Assembly: GCF_009914755.1 (NCBI RefSeq) | Contig: NC_060926.1 | Source: the human T2T-CHM13v2.0 reference genome, Homo sapiens | Reading direction: 5' to 3' (one strand) | DNA: 64,000 nucleotides | In this document: positions 1-13,932 of the stretch, piece by piece | Position numbering within the stretch: position 1 is the stretch's first letter | Layout of the letters: every line of letters starts with the position of its first letter | Program-made: the position numbers and the translations under genes | The notes under the pieces: generated by a model | What the model saw: only the letters and a program-made list of their open reading frames with translations | Told to the model about the DNA's origin: nothing | Databases searched by the model: none

Positions 1-1145
1 TATAGAAGGAAGTAAAGTTCCTTAAGAAAGTGGATGCGGGCCATTTTAGCTTAAGTAGTAAGCAAACGAGCTGAAGCTACACTTATCAAGAAAGCAAACA
101 GCTTTCTTCCATGTGCTGCCAAATTCTTTTAGAGTATCCTTATAAAACCTGCAAAATGGACTCAAAATTTATAGCTTAAAGCTAACACTTATAAAGAAGA
201 TCCGCATCCCAGGTTGTGAGTTTTGGGGATAGCACTTCAGAATGAGATAAAAGCTGCTTGAGGTTAGATACATATGAAGGCTTGTAAATATTTTGAAAAA
301 TGGAATTAATATGTGTTCTGGCAGCACAAAAGTCTTTTAGGTAGCCTTGAGTTATTTTAGAGTGAGGGAGCTTTCCCTTCACATCTCATTGTGCCAAGTA
401 GGACTCCTGCTCTAAGATGTCTTACACACCTGGCTCTAAGCAGCAGCTGTAGTAATGCATATGTGATGTCGCTGCTGACCTCAAGAGGGGGCTCCACACA
501 TTGAGTAAAAACAAAGCAATCTTACATGGAGAGGCCTTCCTGACACTTGTCATCACTGCTGCCTTTGAATGTGTACCTTAGTGTCATCTCTGAGATAAGG
601 GCCAGTTCTAATACATGTGGCTGATCAACAGGACATGGTTGAATACTTGGTAAGGACTTCTCTTTAGGAATGGTTTTCATGTATTAATCTAGTTTTAATT
701 AATCTAAACATTGATGAACTTGATTATATTTTGGTGCAGAGCTGAACTGCTTTATCAGATGGGAAGTTTTGTCTCATGTTCACTAAATCCAAGTAAGTTT
801 ACCCTAGAATTATTAAAAACAGAGAGAAGTTCTAGTTTCATGTCTTTCACGCTTCTGAACAACAACTTTTTGTGCTATCTGTTCTCTGATTTACACCCAC
901 CAGACTAATTTACAAACAACTCCTTGCAGTGTATTAACGTTTCATGATGAGATGAAGTGGAAAGTGTTCTATGACACAAAAGCCCTTTACTCAAGGGGTA
1001 CCGCAGGGTTGAGAAAAGCTTTCCACTCCAAATGGTGTCATTATGTTCTCTATAATGGGTGCGATTGTTTAATAATGACATATTTGAGCTGAGATGATTG
1101 AACATACATTATTTGAGTAATAAAAACTCAATAGGCTATGCCTTT
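1..1145 (+). other. Probable terminal 3' UTR of an upstream gene, with poly(A) signal AATAAA at 1119-1124
   Basis: AT-rich, no recognisable repeats, no ORF; AATAAA followed by a T-rich tract (gcctttttaag). Gene identity not recognised. Confidence 0.35.
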
Positions 1146-2374
1146 TTAAGCAGTTAATGTATGCCTAGGGTAAGATAAGACAGAAAAGCCTCGTTGTCAT
1201 CCTCCATAAAAAGAGCAAAATCTTAAAGGTGCAGGTTTGAAAGTATATTTCTGTAAACGGGATTTACACAGAAGGCTATCCTGTGTGCATAGCTGTTTCC
1301 TTTGAAAAGTTCCCTTTGTAGGAGCAACTTTGTTGAATAGATTCCTATTGAAATCCTATTAAAATAATGGTTTTTTCCAGCTGAGGAGGATTGGCTTGCC
1401 TTCAGTTTTGCAAGTGGGAAGCTCTTCTAATTTTAGGAGAGCTCCCTAACCTGCCACTTGACCTAACCTCTTTAGGTTGATGAACTTGAAATACTGCTGC
1501 TTCTTGGTAATCAGGTTCAGTCCAAAATTTTTTTCTAAGTATGTACCATATAAGAGACACTGTGCCAGACCTTGGCGGGAATACAGTGTACTTTGTATTT
1601 ACAGTCTCGCATGGAGACAGCCCTGAATATTACTAACCAAAATGCAGGACAGTGTGTGTTTAGTGTTGTAACGGAAGTGAGTAAGTAAAAATTAACTCAG
1701 ACTGAGGAAGTATAAATCTGTCTTGTCCTTCATCACACACAGATAAAGCCAGGAGACAATATTTCTCCCAAGGACCTGCTACAGCTATAACCTGTCATAA
1801 CTCCCTTCGAGTGACTATTTCCCTTCTTACTCGCTGAGAAACTTTCTTCTCTAAAATCACAGACTATCAGAAAATCTACGGTTGAAAGTTCTATCAGTAA
1901 GAATGAAACATCCCACTTTTACATAATTCACTTTGACAGAGAGAAGCAGCCTTGATTCCCAAAGGAAATGCAGAACTTCAGATAAGGACTTCTTGGACAC
2001 ACATTCCACATCTATCTTAACTATAGTTTCCATGGATACAGGATCCTAGGCCCACTTGCACACCTGATCCCTTTAGACACAGCCCTGCTTTGTTCTGAGC
2101 CTATGGAAATGCTGATTCATTTGAATTTTACCCTACCCTTAAATCTTAATTTCTGTGGTTCCTCTGTGTATAGTTTCCTTCATGATAATGGGTCATCTTT
2201 GTCAGACTATAGGTTTGTTAACAGTATTTGATACTGCAGACATGAGACCACGAAAACTGTATTGATTTTTTTATTTCAGTAATTCTCAATTTAGCATTAT
2301 ATATGTGTGTGTATTTACATAATATGTAACATATATCCCTTTATCCTGTTTTTTCCACTTTTAATGGTTTTGCC

Positions 2375-2690
2375 TTTTTTTTTCCTTTTTTTTTTCTTTT
2401 TTTCTTTTTTTTGAGACAGAGTCTTGCTCTATCACCCAGGCTTGAGTGCAGTGGCTTGATCTCACCCCATTGCAACCTCTGCCTCCTGGGTTCAAGTGAT
2501 TCTTGTGCCTCAGTCTCCTGAGTAGCTGGAATTACAGGCATGCACCACCACACCCAGCTAATTTTTGTACTTTAGAGACGGGGTTTCAACATATTGGCCA
2601 GGCTTGTCTCGAACTCCTGACCTTAAGGGATCTGCCCAACTCTGCCTCCCAAAGTGCAGGGATTACAAGCGTGAGCCACCGTGCCCAGCC
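2375..2690 (-). mobile_element. Alu (AluS-like), full length
   Basis: T-rich tail at 2375-2412, then reverse Alu consensus ending gagccaccgtgcccagcc. Confidence 0.95.
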
Positions 2691-5044
2691 AGTTCCACCT
2701 GATTTTTAAAATTGCGTTGGCCAGCATTGGACACACAGTAAATGTTTAATAAATACTTTCCACGTTGAATCAAAGAAGTTTCCTATCTTAGCTATTTCCT
2801 TGAAACTTTCCTGAAGTTTGAAACCTAACAGATCATCAGTGACGTCCTCATCACAGTTTCACCTCTGCCTAATAAAGCACAAATTACTCTTAAGCAGTGA
2901 GGCGCTGTGCAGTTGAAGCCTTTTATAACTCCATTTGTCTGCAGTCACCTAAATGTCAGTGGACAGATGTGTTTGTCATAGTGTGTGATAAGTGCAAATA
3001 ACCCTTGTTAGTAGTGTCATTAGAGATGAAATAGATGCATAGGAACTAAGAGGTCATAAGCTGTCAGGTTTTACTCTAAGGAAATATAGAATGTCATTTG
3101 CACCTGAAAATGTGCAGAAGTAAATGGACAATTCTTCACCCCAATCTGTTTTTCAAAGCTTTGCATGTTTACATTTGTTCATCCACTACCTTAGTCACAG
3201 CATAGTGAAATAAACCATAAATTAAAAATAGCTCAGCGTACCACTGAAGAATCAATAGATCTGAATATAGTAGCGTAGAAAAAGCTTCGGTTTACTGGAT
3301 GTACCTTCAAGGTGGACCATACCCTTTAGGTAGAGGATTAGTGGAGAACAGAAATCTCTGCCTCTCTATGGCTAGAAGTGGATCTATGTCATTGACCTAC
3401 CTACAGTGGCACTTTTCCTTACTTGAAAGTTGGGTATACAGTGACCTCACCTACTCATAGAACCTGCAAAAGTGGGAATTAATAGAAAAAGGCTTTTGAG
3501 TAGCCAAAAAGGATTTGATAAAGTTAATATTCTAAGTTAGCCTGTTCTCTTACCACATAGTATGTCTCCTCAGTTCTTGTTTGCTTGATGCAAAGTTCTG
3601 AAGCTTAGTGACAAGGGACTTACCTTTGTCCCTGTTCCTACATCCTTCTAGGCTCTAACTGGTTTGATGAAGCGTGAGTAGCTCAGAGATATACATGCCA
3701 AGAACGGCCTGGAACAGTTTTATTGCCCCTCCCCTGCCCAACTCATTGAAGGAAACAGGAGGGAGTGAACCCGTCTCTTCTGCTGAATCCATTGCAGTCC
3801 ACTTTTTTGTGTTCTAATGAGTATATTAAAATTGCAGTCTGAAGTCATTTCAGAGCTCCTATCCTTTACTACAAGCTGACTTAGGTGGGACTGCTCCAGC
3901 AACTTGGGGCTAAGAGGCACAGGGTCTGACTTCTCTCCCTGCTTCCCTACTCCTGCTCCATTAAGGGTGAGAGGTTGGGGAGTTTGCTGTCCTCTCTGTG
4001 ATGACTTGTTGCTGCCAATCTGATTCCTAATGCTGTAGATTTATTAAGGCTAGATGGTGGAAGATTGGGCCCTGATGACAACGGAGCCATCCTGGGTTCC
4101 TCTGACCGTGATGAACCTCCTGGGAGAGGCAGCCACAGCTGAAGCACACACAGCTCCCTTCTGCTGTGGCAGCCCCACGAGCCTGCAAACCCCCATCTCA
4201 TCACAGCCTCGGTTCTCAGCTCTGAGGCTGGCCAGACCTCCAACTGGTGGGTAAAACGCAGACATTTCCAAACACCAGGAAATATTTTCTTGGGTGGGTG
4301 GGAGTTGGGGGACAAACTGAATTTCTCCCTTGGACCATGAGAAGGAGAGAGAACCATTCTTGAGAAGAAAATTATTGTGAGGTGGTAACGCTCTCTCCCT
4401 CTGCAGCTGTCTTTATTGCCCCAGTTGGGAACCACTGTTTTATACATCACTATCTTATGTGTCTGCTGATGGAGTTTGCTGATGCTAAACAATGTCTCCA
4501 GGTCTCCAGGATGGTTTTCTTCCTGTCTGGGTCTCTTTCTACACCTCCTGCCAAGTCCTGCCTGCCCCAGTCCTTCTCTGGGGAATGGGTCTAGTTTTCA
4601 GGACCAGATGCATTGCCAGAGATTGTCAGACTGTGTCGAGCTCCTTTTCTCACATTTGATGGAAACAGTCTACACACATCAGCAAGCCCTGAATGCACTG
4701 TGTTAAATTAAAAATAACTATAAGCTTCCCAGTCATGGTCTTAAGTCTGGTTTTGATCATTTTTCCATGAAAGATTATTTAATTAAGTTAAATTCTTTAA
4801 GATAAATTGGGTTTAGAAATGATTAATAAGAGAAAGTACTTAAAGGAGTACATCCGGAAAACAAAGCTGCCAAGTAGGTAAATATAAAATTACTATCAAG
4901 CACCTACTATGTGCCAGGCAATGTTTTAGATATTTTGCATTTGATCCTGCAACCATTTCATGAATTAGCGTTGCTAACTCCATTTACAGAGGAGAAAATT
5001 GACAGTTGGTAAGGATAAAAGACTTGACCAAGGTTACAGAGAGT

Positions 5045-5450
5045 ATTGCCTAGACCCTTTTGGATACAAGTAACAGAAAACTCCAATTCCAATTATTAAT
5101 TAAATAAGAATGTCCTCTCACATCAAAGCAGTCTATAGGTAGGTGTCTCCAGGACTGATTGATTTAGTGGCCCACCAGCATCATCGGGGGTCCAGTATTT
5201 TCCCACCTTTTGTTGTGTCATTCTCAGCATGGAGGCTCTGTCCTTAGTTTGTCTTCTCCCTTTGTTGACAGATGGTGGTTGCTATTTCAGGCCCAGACAT
5301 AATCAAATCCATGTGAAGAAAAGAGATTTCTTCCTGCGTGGCCCTTTGTAAGAGAAAGAAAATGTTCCTACAAGTCTTCCAGAGGAGTTCTTAATGGTGA
5401 GAACTGCACCATGTGTCTAGGTTGAATAGATTTCGAAGACAGGCTTAGTG
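5045..5450 (-). mobile_element. Old MaLR LTR fragment (MLT1J/K-like)
   Basis: caagtaacagaaaac...agaaaatgttcctacaag resembles MLT1 consensus; highly diverged. Confidence 0.45.
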
Positions 5451-6544
5451 AGACACCAGGTGAAAGGGTGTGTCCTACTAGAACAAAACCAGTTCTCTGT
5501 TTGGAAGAGGTGGGGAATGTACACGTTCATTGTTGGATACACACCAGCATTGTCTGCTGCACACAAAGTAGAGCAGGGATTCAAACCCCATTGTGTCTCA
5601 TCTCAAACCTGCGTTTGTGTCTCATTCCCTAAGTCACACGCATGTGGGGGCTTACTGTGTTTGGCTATTATGAAAAATAGGATTGTAATAAACCCCAGAT
5701 TTTGAGCAATTTACACTTAAGATTATGTTTGGGTTAGATAAACATTAAAATTTGTTCACTTTCTCTGAACATTGGCCAAATGGTGTGTGGAACCAGTTAT
5801 GGTCTTGCAGAGTGTGGCTTTCTAATATTTAAAGCATTTAAAATTTATTTCCTTCTATCTGGTGTTAATAATCTTTTTAATATAGTGTCCCTCTCTCTCT
5901 CTCCCCTACTGGGGAGTGGTGGCTAATGAGGTTGGAAAGGTAGAGAGAGAGAAGAGGCCCTTGAATGTTAGGTTAAAGGATATAGATTTTTATGTTCCCT
6001 AAGGAATATGGAATCATTGAAAGTGTTATCCAGAGAAAGACATCACCCAAGCTATAATTAGGAAATTAATTTGTCGGAAGTGGATGAGAAGAATTGAGAG
6101 AAAAATTTGAGGTTTTACTTTTGTACGGGGTATGGCTCTCAGTCACCTGAGTCTGTTTTGCAGGAAATGCCCATTTCCTTATTTTCTTCAGGTTGTGTTT
6201 CAAGTTCCATTCTGCTGGGCTTGTAGGAAATTCAGTCTGAATATCATGATTTGGTACTCCTGCTTTCCCAAGCATGTTCTCAAATACGGAAAGATGACTA
6301 GGAGTCTGGGAGTCCTGGGAAGGATTCCTAATTTCCATCCCATCATGGTTGCCGTGGACGTCTTTGAAGCTGGGAGGCCTCCTGTGGCTTAGGGCATAGG
6401 AGCTTGGTCTCTAGGGACCAGGCTTTCTAGAGACACCACACAGCCATCCCTTCTGAAGTAGTGCTGCCTCTTCGGGTCTGCCATCAGTATGGCTTAGGAG
6501 GTTGCTCTCTTCACCCTCTCAGTCTCTGACCTCTTTGCAAACTG

Positions 6545-6905
6545 CATTCGGTGAAATTTATAGACCTTATTTATAGTTTGATGTGCTCTGATGAATTGAA
6601 TACTCACATAAGCACACCCCAATCAAGATATAGCATATTCTTGTCACTCTAGAAATTCTCCTGTGCTTCCTTCCAGTCCATCCCCTCCCTACCTGGAAGC
6701 AGTCACTCTTCTAAATGTTATCCCCATAGTCTAATTTGCCTGTTCTAGAAATCCATATAAATAGAATCACGCAGGATACACTCTATAGCGTCCTGCTCCT
6801 TTTACCCAACATTGTATATGTGAGACTTGCCTGTATTATAGAAATCAATAGTTCATACCATTTTGTTGTTTAGTATTTCTTTTCTGTTGCTGAGTAGTAT
6901 TCCAC
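6545..6905 (-). mobile_element. Old L1M (L1MC/ME-like) 3' end fragment
   Basis: ccaatcaagatatagcatatt...gttgctgagtagtattcca, typical of L1M 3' ends. Confidence 0.65.
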
Positions 6906-9900
6906 TCTTTTATCTTTTAGTCTTTCCCTCTCCTCCTGTTGTCCTCAAAAGCACTAACTGTGCTTTCTTCAATAAAAGCCAGGAAGCCTTCACCTGAAGC
7001 CAAGGATGCACAGGGTGCTTATTTTTTCATGGAATAGAGGAGGGAAAAGGCAGCACAAAAAACACAAGTTAGTATCTCAGGCAATTGGTCTGCCACATAA
7101 TTATTCAGAGAAGAGACTATGAAGGCCTGGATTAGGGTGGAGCATGGGAACAAGGAGGAGAGGGGGCTATGAGAAGGCTAGTGCAGTGGTGGCATTGATG
7201 GGATTTAGGACATAATTAGACCTGGGGAAAGGCAGTGGAGGAAGGCCAATGCTGAGTTGTTTAGCCTGGGAGGTGACTGAGGTGACTGGTGTAGAGGTGA
7301 GGATGGATGTTGGTACAATATCTAGAATAAGAGGAGCCTATTTAGGAGGGAAAATGGTAAGTGCAGTTTGGTACCTGTTGATTTTGAGGGGTATATTGGA
7401 GATAATATCCATTATCTAGAAACAGATCGCTAGCAGAACTGAAAGTGAAGATAAAGAGTAATACATGAAGAGGTGAATGCTGAAACCTTGAGAAAAGAAA
7501 GGTAAAGGAGGGAAATAAGCCAAGAACAGGGCTTCGGGGAATGGCATGCAGGGGACCCAAGGAGGAAGAAGAGCCAAAAAAGGAAGGAGGGGGTGGCCAC
7601 AGTATTATGAGTGGGAGCAGGGTGTCCTGGGAACGAGGAGAGCAAAGGACATGAAAGAAATAGCTGGCAGAAATGCCAAAGCCTACAGAGAGATGACAAA
7701 GATAAAGACTGAATAAAAGGTCATTACATTTCCCAGTTGGAAGATCACTGGTGGCCTTTGAGGGATCAACTTAAGAAGGGAAATGGGAATTGAAGAGGAT
7801 TGCAAGGAGACCTGGAGTAAGGGAGAATAATGAGACAGCTCCAATCATTGGAAACAGCTCTTGTTATTTTTTTTTTTTTCAAGAAATATGCACTTAAAGA
7901 AGGAAAAAAGCTCAATGGTTGCGTGAGGGCTGGAGGATAGGTTGGAAGCGGGTTGCTTGGGTTAGTTCTCCTGGAAGCCTCGAGCATACCTGTGCGCTGA
8001 GGCTAAGGAGGCAGAAGTGAGAAGGGGCGGGTTTTGACTCAAGCTCCCAGAAGAGGTAACAGATGGTGGGATGGAAAGTGAGAGAAAAGTGGATTAATTC
8101 TGGAAAAGAGTGAGGGGTCAGTCCTCTTCTTGGAAAGCAGTGGAGGAGAGGATGGGTGATACATTCCAGGATGAGGAGGGAGCAGTCCCAGCTCTGGTTG
8201 TTTTCCAGCATGACCACAACCCCTCAAGAGATTTTTTTGCTGTATTTACTCTGAATACATGCGATTTATAAAATGTGCCCTTTAAGGACCAGGAGGCAGG
8301 ATTTTGAAGCAGCACCTATAAAGGAGGCCTTTTCCAACAGCTCCAGGCAAGACAGTAGAGATGATCCCCCAAAAGTCAATCGGTAATCACTCTATCGTGT
8401 TCGTAGCAAATGGCAGCAAGTCCTAGGTTAGGAACCGTACTATGAAGTGTTAATAAGAGACACTGGGCACATGTCCTCTGATCAGATTAATCAGAGGCCA
8501 AACTACACGGCATTAACAACAGACATTAGCATTGGCTGGGTAGGTTGGCAAGGCGAAAGTGGGAAATACCAGACCTTGGATTCAGAAGCACTTGTCTGCA
8601 CTCATTTTCAGAATTATATCTGCAGCACAAAAGGGACTCCCAGCATGTTGAATTGGCTTCACAATTAACATGATGCTTGCAAGCACACGGTTTGCTCAGG
8701 CTTGAGTTGTTCTGTGCTGCTTGAATGCACATCCGTTGGTGGCACACACAGGGGAGCAGTGATGCTGTGGTGTTTTCTACCTGACCTCCACAGGCCTGGC
8801 TATGTCCTGGAGGGCTCTGCTTGCTAGAAATTTGGCTACTCTGTAAAGGAATGTTACAGTTCTTGGAAATTCTAGTGAGTGTTCTCAGTATGCCCAGTGT
8901 GACAGGCCCAAATATACATCTATTAAACATACAGGAATGTATTTGTTGACCTTCTAGGGAGAAGGCACGTGTCCAAAGCTGCCCCACTCGCTCACATTGT
9001 GGTGGCTTCTGTATTCTGTATTACAGATTTTATCACTGATACCTCTAGAAAAAAGTGTCACTTCCCACCTCCCTTTCCCATTCCTGTGGATCTTGAGAAT
9101 TTTTGTCAGTTTCTTCTCTTATCATGGTCTAACCCCAAACAACTTACAGTGGGTGCCACAGGTGTTAATATACAAAAGAATAAACAATATAGCTAGGATG
9201 ATCTCTTCTTTCTGGAAGATTACTGTACACAAAGACACTACTTTTTCTAAACATTTAGAAATGAATTCCTAGAATTCTGTCATTGCAAACTGAGTGGGAA
9301 CAATTCAGAAACTGAAGGCTGCAAGGGTTTGTCTCCTTCCAACTTCAGCCTTCCTTTCCCTCTCCCACAATGACCCTGGCCTTTTTGTGTGTATAAATTA
9401 CCTCTGTCTGGGGTTGGATGGGGCACTGCGCTAAGCCTCTGGGAGAGGATGTGCTCTAGGCCTCCAGGAACTCATACTCTGTGACAGATGGTGGCAAATT
9501 AAACTGGCAGTTGAAAAAGCCAGAGTGTTTCCAGGGCTTCTGCTAGAGGAGTGGTTCCAGAGGGGTAGAGTCAGGCAAGATGAATAGCTGGAAAGTGGCC
9601 AAAAGCATTCCGTGAAAACCTATGTAGAAGAAGCTATTCCGGACCCTGTGTGTGCACACAAAGATAAAAGAGACCTATTTCTGTCCTATAATCTAGTAAG
9701 ATTGACAACACACTGAAGGGAGCAGGGACAATGCTAGGCTGAATAGGAGTAGGAACAAAGGTTTATATGAGAGTGAGCCCAAAATTATAGCTGTAGTGTG
9801 GAAATGTGTGTGGATGGGTGAGCCTTGAATGACATGGTAAGAATGAGAGAAACTGAATGCTGCGGCTGGCCGGGACCCTAGGGATGACCTAGGCAATCCC

Positions 9901-10869
9901 CTCAATTTAAGCATGAGGAAACTGAGATCCCTCCCCAGCAAGGTGAAGTGACTTGTCCAAGGTCAGGGTCACTTAGGTACTTGATACTCAGTGATTAATA
10001 GCACAAATAATATCACCAGCGGCTAAGATGATCAAGCACCTATTGTACTCACTAGATTAATCACATCCTCACAGTAGGTTATTTTCGCTTGACAGATGAA
10101 GAAACTGAGACAGAAGAGGGTAAGTACCTTGCCCAAAGTCATGGAGCTGGTAATTGTTGGAAATCATGAGACTCGCACAGCAGTTGGGCTCCAGGGCCTA
10201 TGCTCCTAACCTCTGAGCTACATGGCCCCTTGAGCCTCTAATTCCTGGGCCAGTGCTGCTTGTCCTTGAACCGGGCCTGGAAGGGGTTGGGGAGACACTG
10301 TACTCTCCTAAACAAGGGAGTGACCTGATGCAGGTGGCATTTAGTGATGCTTCATATGGCTTCAGTGGTCAAGGTGGACTAGAGAAGAAATGGAGAAGGG
10401 AGACCAGGTAGGACATGATCTAAATCCAGTTGTGATGCACATCTGGACTGCAGCAGGAATGGAAGATGGCACTGGACTGGAATGATTAGTTAGCAGTCAT
10501 TTATTCTACAGTGTGAATTAGCCTGTCCTGTTGCTTATCCTGTGGGAAAAGAAAAACAACTGAAGGAAGGAATGGAGAGAGGGGAGAAAATAAAAAAGAG
10601 GGGAGGAATAGTATGTAAAGGGAAGGGCAAAGGAGCAAAAGTAGAAATGGAACAAAATTGATGATGACTTCACAATATTCCTCACCTAGTCCCTGGCCTT
10701 TTGGGTATAGTTTAATTTAAACCATCTATTTCTGTCAATTTCTCATTGAAGGAAGAGAACAAGAACAATGCCATCTCCTAGACAGCACGAGACCTTAACA
10801 AGGTAGTAGAAATCTCATGAGGAACCCAGCTGGTGTTCACAGATCAGGAACTCCCACAGGGAAGGACTT

Positions 10870-11275
10870 GCCACCCCACTGCTAGGACCCCATCAGAAGA
10901 CGGCCCCATCAGCATGCAGCAGACACTGATGGGACCCCATTAGCAGACAGCAGACAGCTCTATGCTATAGAGACCCTCCTCATCCAAGGTCGCAGCCTTC
11001 GTGGGGCAACCCACATCCAGTGACTGACTGACACAGAAGGACAAAGCCAGGCCATTTTAGCCCAACATGGGCAAGCCTGACAGGCCATTAAAACTCCAAA
11101 GCTCCCTGTAGGGTGGGCCAAGACTCCTGCTGTGCCCTCTCACAGCTCAACTCCTCCCTCTACCCACTCCTGCCTCATCTCCCTTCCTTCCACAGGTATG
11201 GATCGGAGAACACTCCTTAATAAATCTCCTGCCCACTGAACTCTGCTCAGAGTCGGCTTCTGGGGAGCCCAGGCA
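10870..11275 (+). mobile_element. ERVL solo LTR, LTR16-like
   Basis: 3' end ccttaataaatctcctgcccactgaactctgctcagagtcggcttctggggagcccag matches the recalled LTR16 end. Confidence 0.6.
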
Positions 11276-11647
11276 GCATCATGGAGATTCTCTCTGGCTG
11301 CCTCATCTCTCCCCACCAAAACTCCAACTTCCTTTTGGTTAGGGAGTGCCTCCTTCCTCCTGCACCATGCACTTCCTCCACAAACCGTTTACATCGTGGG
11401 GGATGATCTTTCCTGTGGAGACAGCCTCTGCTCTTCAGCTGAGGCAGAGGCTTAGTGGCCTCCCTTGCCGAAACCTTCAAACAGGCTTGGGGCAGGTTGG
11501 TTTATCTCCCCGTTGACAGCAGGTGTATACGGAACATGGAATCCCTTGACATTTTTTTGATTAGAAGCATGTTTTTTTTTTTTTTTTAATTTCTGTGAGA
11601 CCCCCTGGGTCAGGCTTCAGGATCTGCTGATAGACCTTCATCAGCAG

Positions 11648-11678
11648 GGGTGTGTGTGTTTCTGTGTGTGTGTGTGTC
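11648..11678. repeat. (TG)n microsatellite, interrupted
   Basis: gtgtgtgtgtttctgtgtgtgtgtgtgt seen directly. Confidence 0.85.
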
Positions 11679-11679
11679 T

Positions 11680-12190
11680 AAATGTAAGTAACCACCAGAG
11701 CCTGCTTCAGTAATCAAGGGGAATTCATTGTTATAACAGAATAACCCATGAAGTTCAAGGGCCAGAATGCAGCCCAGGGATGTGGACTGCCTCAGGGCAT
11801 AGGCAGAAGGGCCTCTCCAGCTGTCTCTGCTCTGGGCTGGTACTCACTCTGCAGGCCAGGCAGGGCTGCTGCTTTGTGCACATGGCAGCAGCAGCATGCC
11901 CCTAAGCGCTGGGGTCCACCCCACCGCAGATCCAGCTGCACTTGTTCGTGGTTTCTGAATACTGGTTCCAGATCTCAAGAGAGTGAGAATCTGACTGCCC
12001 AGCTTGAGCAAGTGGTCAACCCTGCTCACCCTGCTGTTTGGGGGCTAGTCCCACAAACATGGCAGACACCCCCGACCTCCTATAGGGGGTGCAGAGTCTC
12101 AGAGAGAGGGGCTGTGGTGAACAAAGGGGACAACCCTCCACAAAGGGCCCATGACACTGTGCGAACATGCCCACAGAGGGGTGGGTGCAC
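11680..12190 (-). mobile_element. Old ERVL LTR fragment (LTR33-like)
   Basis: Resemblance to recalled LTR33-family consensus (gagaatctgactgcccagcttg); diverged. Confidence 0.35.
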
Positions 12191-12508
12191 CAATTAGAAA
12201 ATGTTCGCATGAGATATGACTAGATTTCCCAAGAGACAACTCTCATAGATCAATGTGCCTGTCACGGAGGAGCAAGGAGTACGCTTGGAGAGGAAGAGGC
12301 AATGGGTAGCTATTTAAATTCATTGTAAACTGAGAAAACTGTAAACAGGGATGACGCTGCTTATGACATAGTCACATACACAGTGTCACATAGTTAAGGG
12401 GATCAGCCACATTGAGTGTGGATCTCTCCTCCTCTCGGAGCAACGTTCCCATTGACATTCGGAGAGGCACGCTGCCTCCAGATGCTCATTTTCAAACACA
12501 GGACGTGA

Positions 12509-12539
12509 GCAGTTTCACAAATATCCACCAGATGGTACC
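12509..12539 (+). promoter_or_regulatory. Candidate single CTCF site, forward orientation
   Basis: CCACCAGATGGTAC at 12525-12538, preceded by GCAGTTTC (upstream-module-like). Confidence 0.4.
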
Positions 12540-13050
12540 TTCCTACCAGAAATTAGGTTTCAGGTTGTGAAAATCCAAATTGTTTTTCCATTCCACGGAC
12601 AAGCTATAGAATTAGATGCCTATCCTGGCTACGGTCAGAGGAAAGAAAATGGGTGAGAACCAATTCCAGGGAACGACCCACGGAGTTTTTATTCTCAAGA
12701 ATACCAAACAGAACTTGCAGGGTCCTTTGTGTGGTGGAGGGAGGCAGCTGCTGTGGATGAGTCATGGAAAGGCCATGTGCAAGGGAAAGACCTTGAGGTT
12801 ATCTCCGGAGAGGGGTTGGTTGTAAACATCCTCAATGGCACCTTTGTTTTATCCCACTAGTTGCCAAATACCTGTGATTCTGCACAGCGCTCCTGGAATG
12901 CTCAGAAATTATGACTGGTTACTCTGTCAAAGAAAGTCTTTGTTGTAGAAACTTCCTCATTTGTTCAGGCCTTTGGGTTCTAAGCCCTGAGCCATAGTCT
13001 CCCCCGGTTGTTTGCCTGTGTGGGCTAGGGAGGGTGACTGATGTTCACCG

Positions 13051-13135
13051 TGGGGTGACCACCTTGTCCTGGTTTGGCAGCTGCCTTCCTGCCTTTAGCA
13101 GTGACAGTAAAGCAAACCCAGGCGGTTGGTCATCT
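13051..13135. mobile_element. MER81-like hAT MITE remnant
   Basis: Terminal inverted repeats ggggtgacca...tggtcatct. Confidence 0.45.
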
Positions 13136-13418
13136 CGGTGCACTGAGCTGTACACACCAGGGACAGTGCTGGATCCTCACGCAGGTTCAATGAGCTGGGC
13201 GATTTGAGGTGGTAGATGCCGTCTTCACATGATTAATCATTTTGTTCTTGGCATTTTCCTAGTAGGTCTCCCTGCTTCCTTTTGCCAGAAAAGGTAAAGT
13301 TCTGGAGAAAGAGGTTTTTTCTTGGCTTTTGAGTTCAGGCCTTACAGAGGTAAAACCGAGTAGATGTGGGAGAACATGTGGTAAACAGATACAACTTTCC
13401 CGGGATGGGGAGAGAAAA

Positions 13419-13546
13419 ATAGTGAAACTCCATCTCCACTAAAAATACAAAAACTAGCCCGGCGTGGTGGCACGCGCCTGTAATCCCAACTACTTGGGAG
13501 GCTGCGGCAGGTGAATCACTTGAAGCCGGGAGGTGAAGGCCGCAGT
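13419..13546 (+). mobile_element. Internal Alu fragment
   Basis: Central linker ctaaaaatacaaaaactagcccggcgtggtgg plus part of the right arm; both ends missing. Confidence 0.85.
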
Positions 13547-13932
13547 AACGCTGTTCCCTGCATTGGATGAAGTGCTCCCCACCAAACTCCCTCACCGGAG
13601 AGGGTGGGATCTGCGGGCTCCCTGGGTGGCTTGATTTCGACACCCTGTGGGCTGCCTTCCACTCTGGTACTTTCCTCTGCCTGCTGATGCTTGAAATTCC
13701 TTGAACCGGCCACACACACCTGCTTTCTGGAATCAGAACACTGGAAAGGCTTCCTGGGACGGGAGAAGAGTGATTTACATTCCTGCCGAGGTGTAAAGCT
13801 GCGGATGGCAGGTTCTCTCCTGAGAACCGGCTTCAACTAGGAGGAGGAGGTTGGAAGCAGGACCCCGAGCTGACCTGTTGACCAGGAGAGGAGTAAGCAG
13901 AAGGGAGGCAGGAGCGGGCGGAGGAGAGAAGG

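Noticed and set aside
944-1092. C/D-box snoRNA (ATGATGA ... CTGA)
   Set aside because: No terminal stem and no obvious rRNA guide; both short boxes are expected by chance.
1-1145. Naming the upstream gene or chromosomal locus
   Set aside because: No coding exon is present and I do not recognise the sequence with confidence; a BLAT search would settle it.
2341-2709. Alu-derived ORFs here and at 24071, 36187, 38615, 45651, 54282, 54987 and 61586
   Set aside because: Standard translations of Alu consensus, not genes.
3947-4492. 181-aa ORF and other 100-190-aa ORFs (8526-8987, 11748-12197, 18665-19135, 63469-63909)
   Set aside because: No recognisable domain, composition typical of non-coding or LTR sequence, and several use non-ATG starts.
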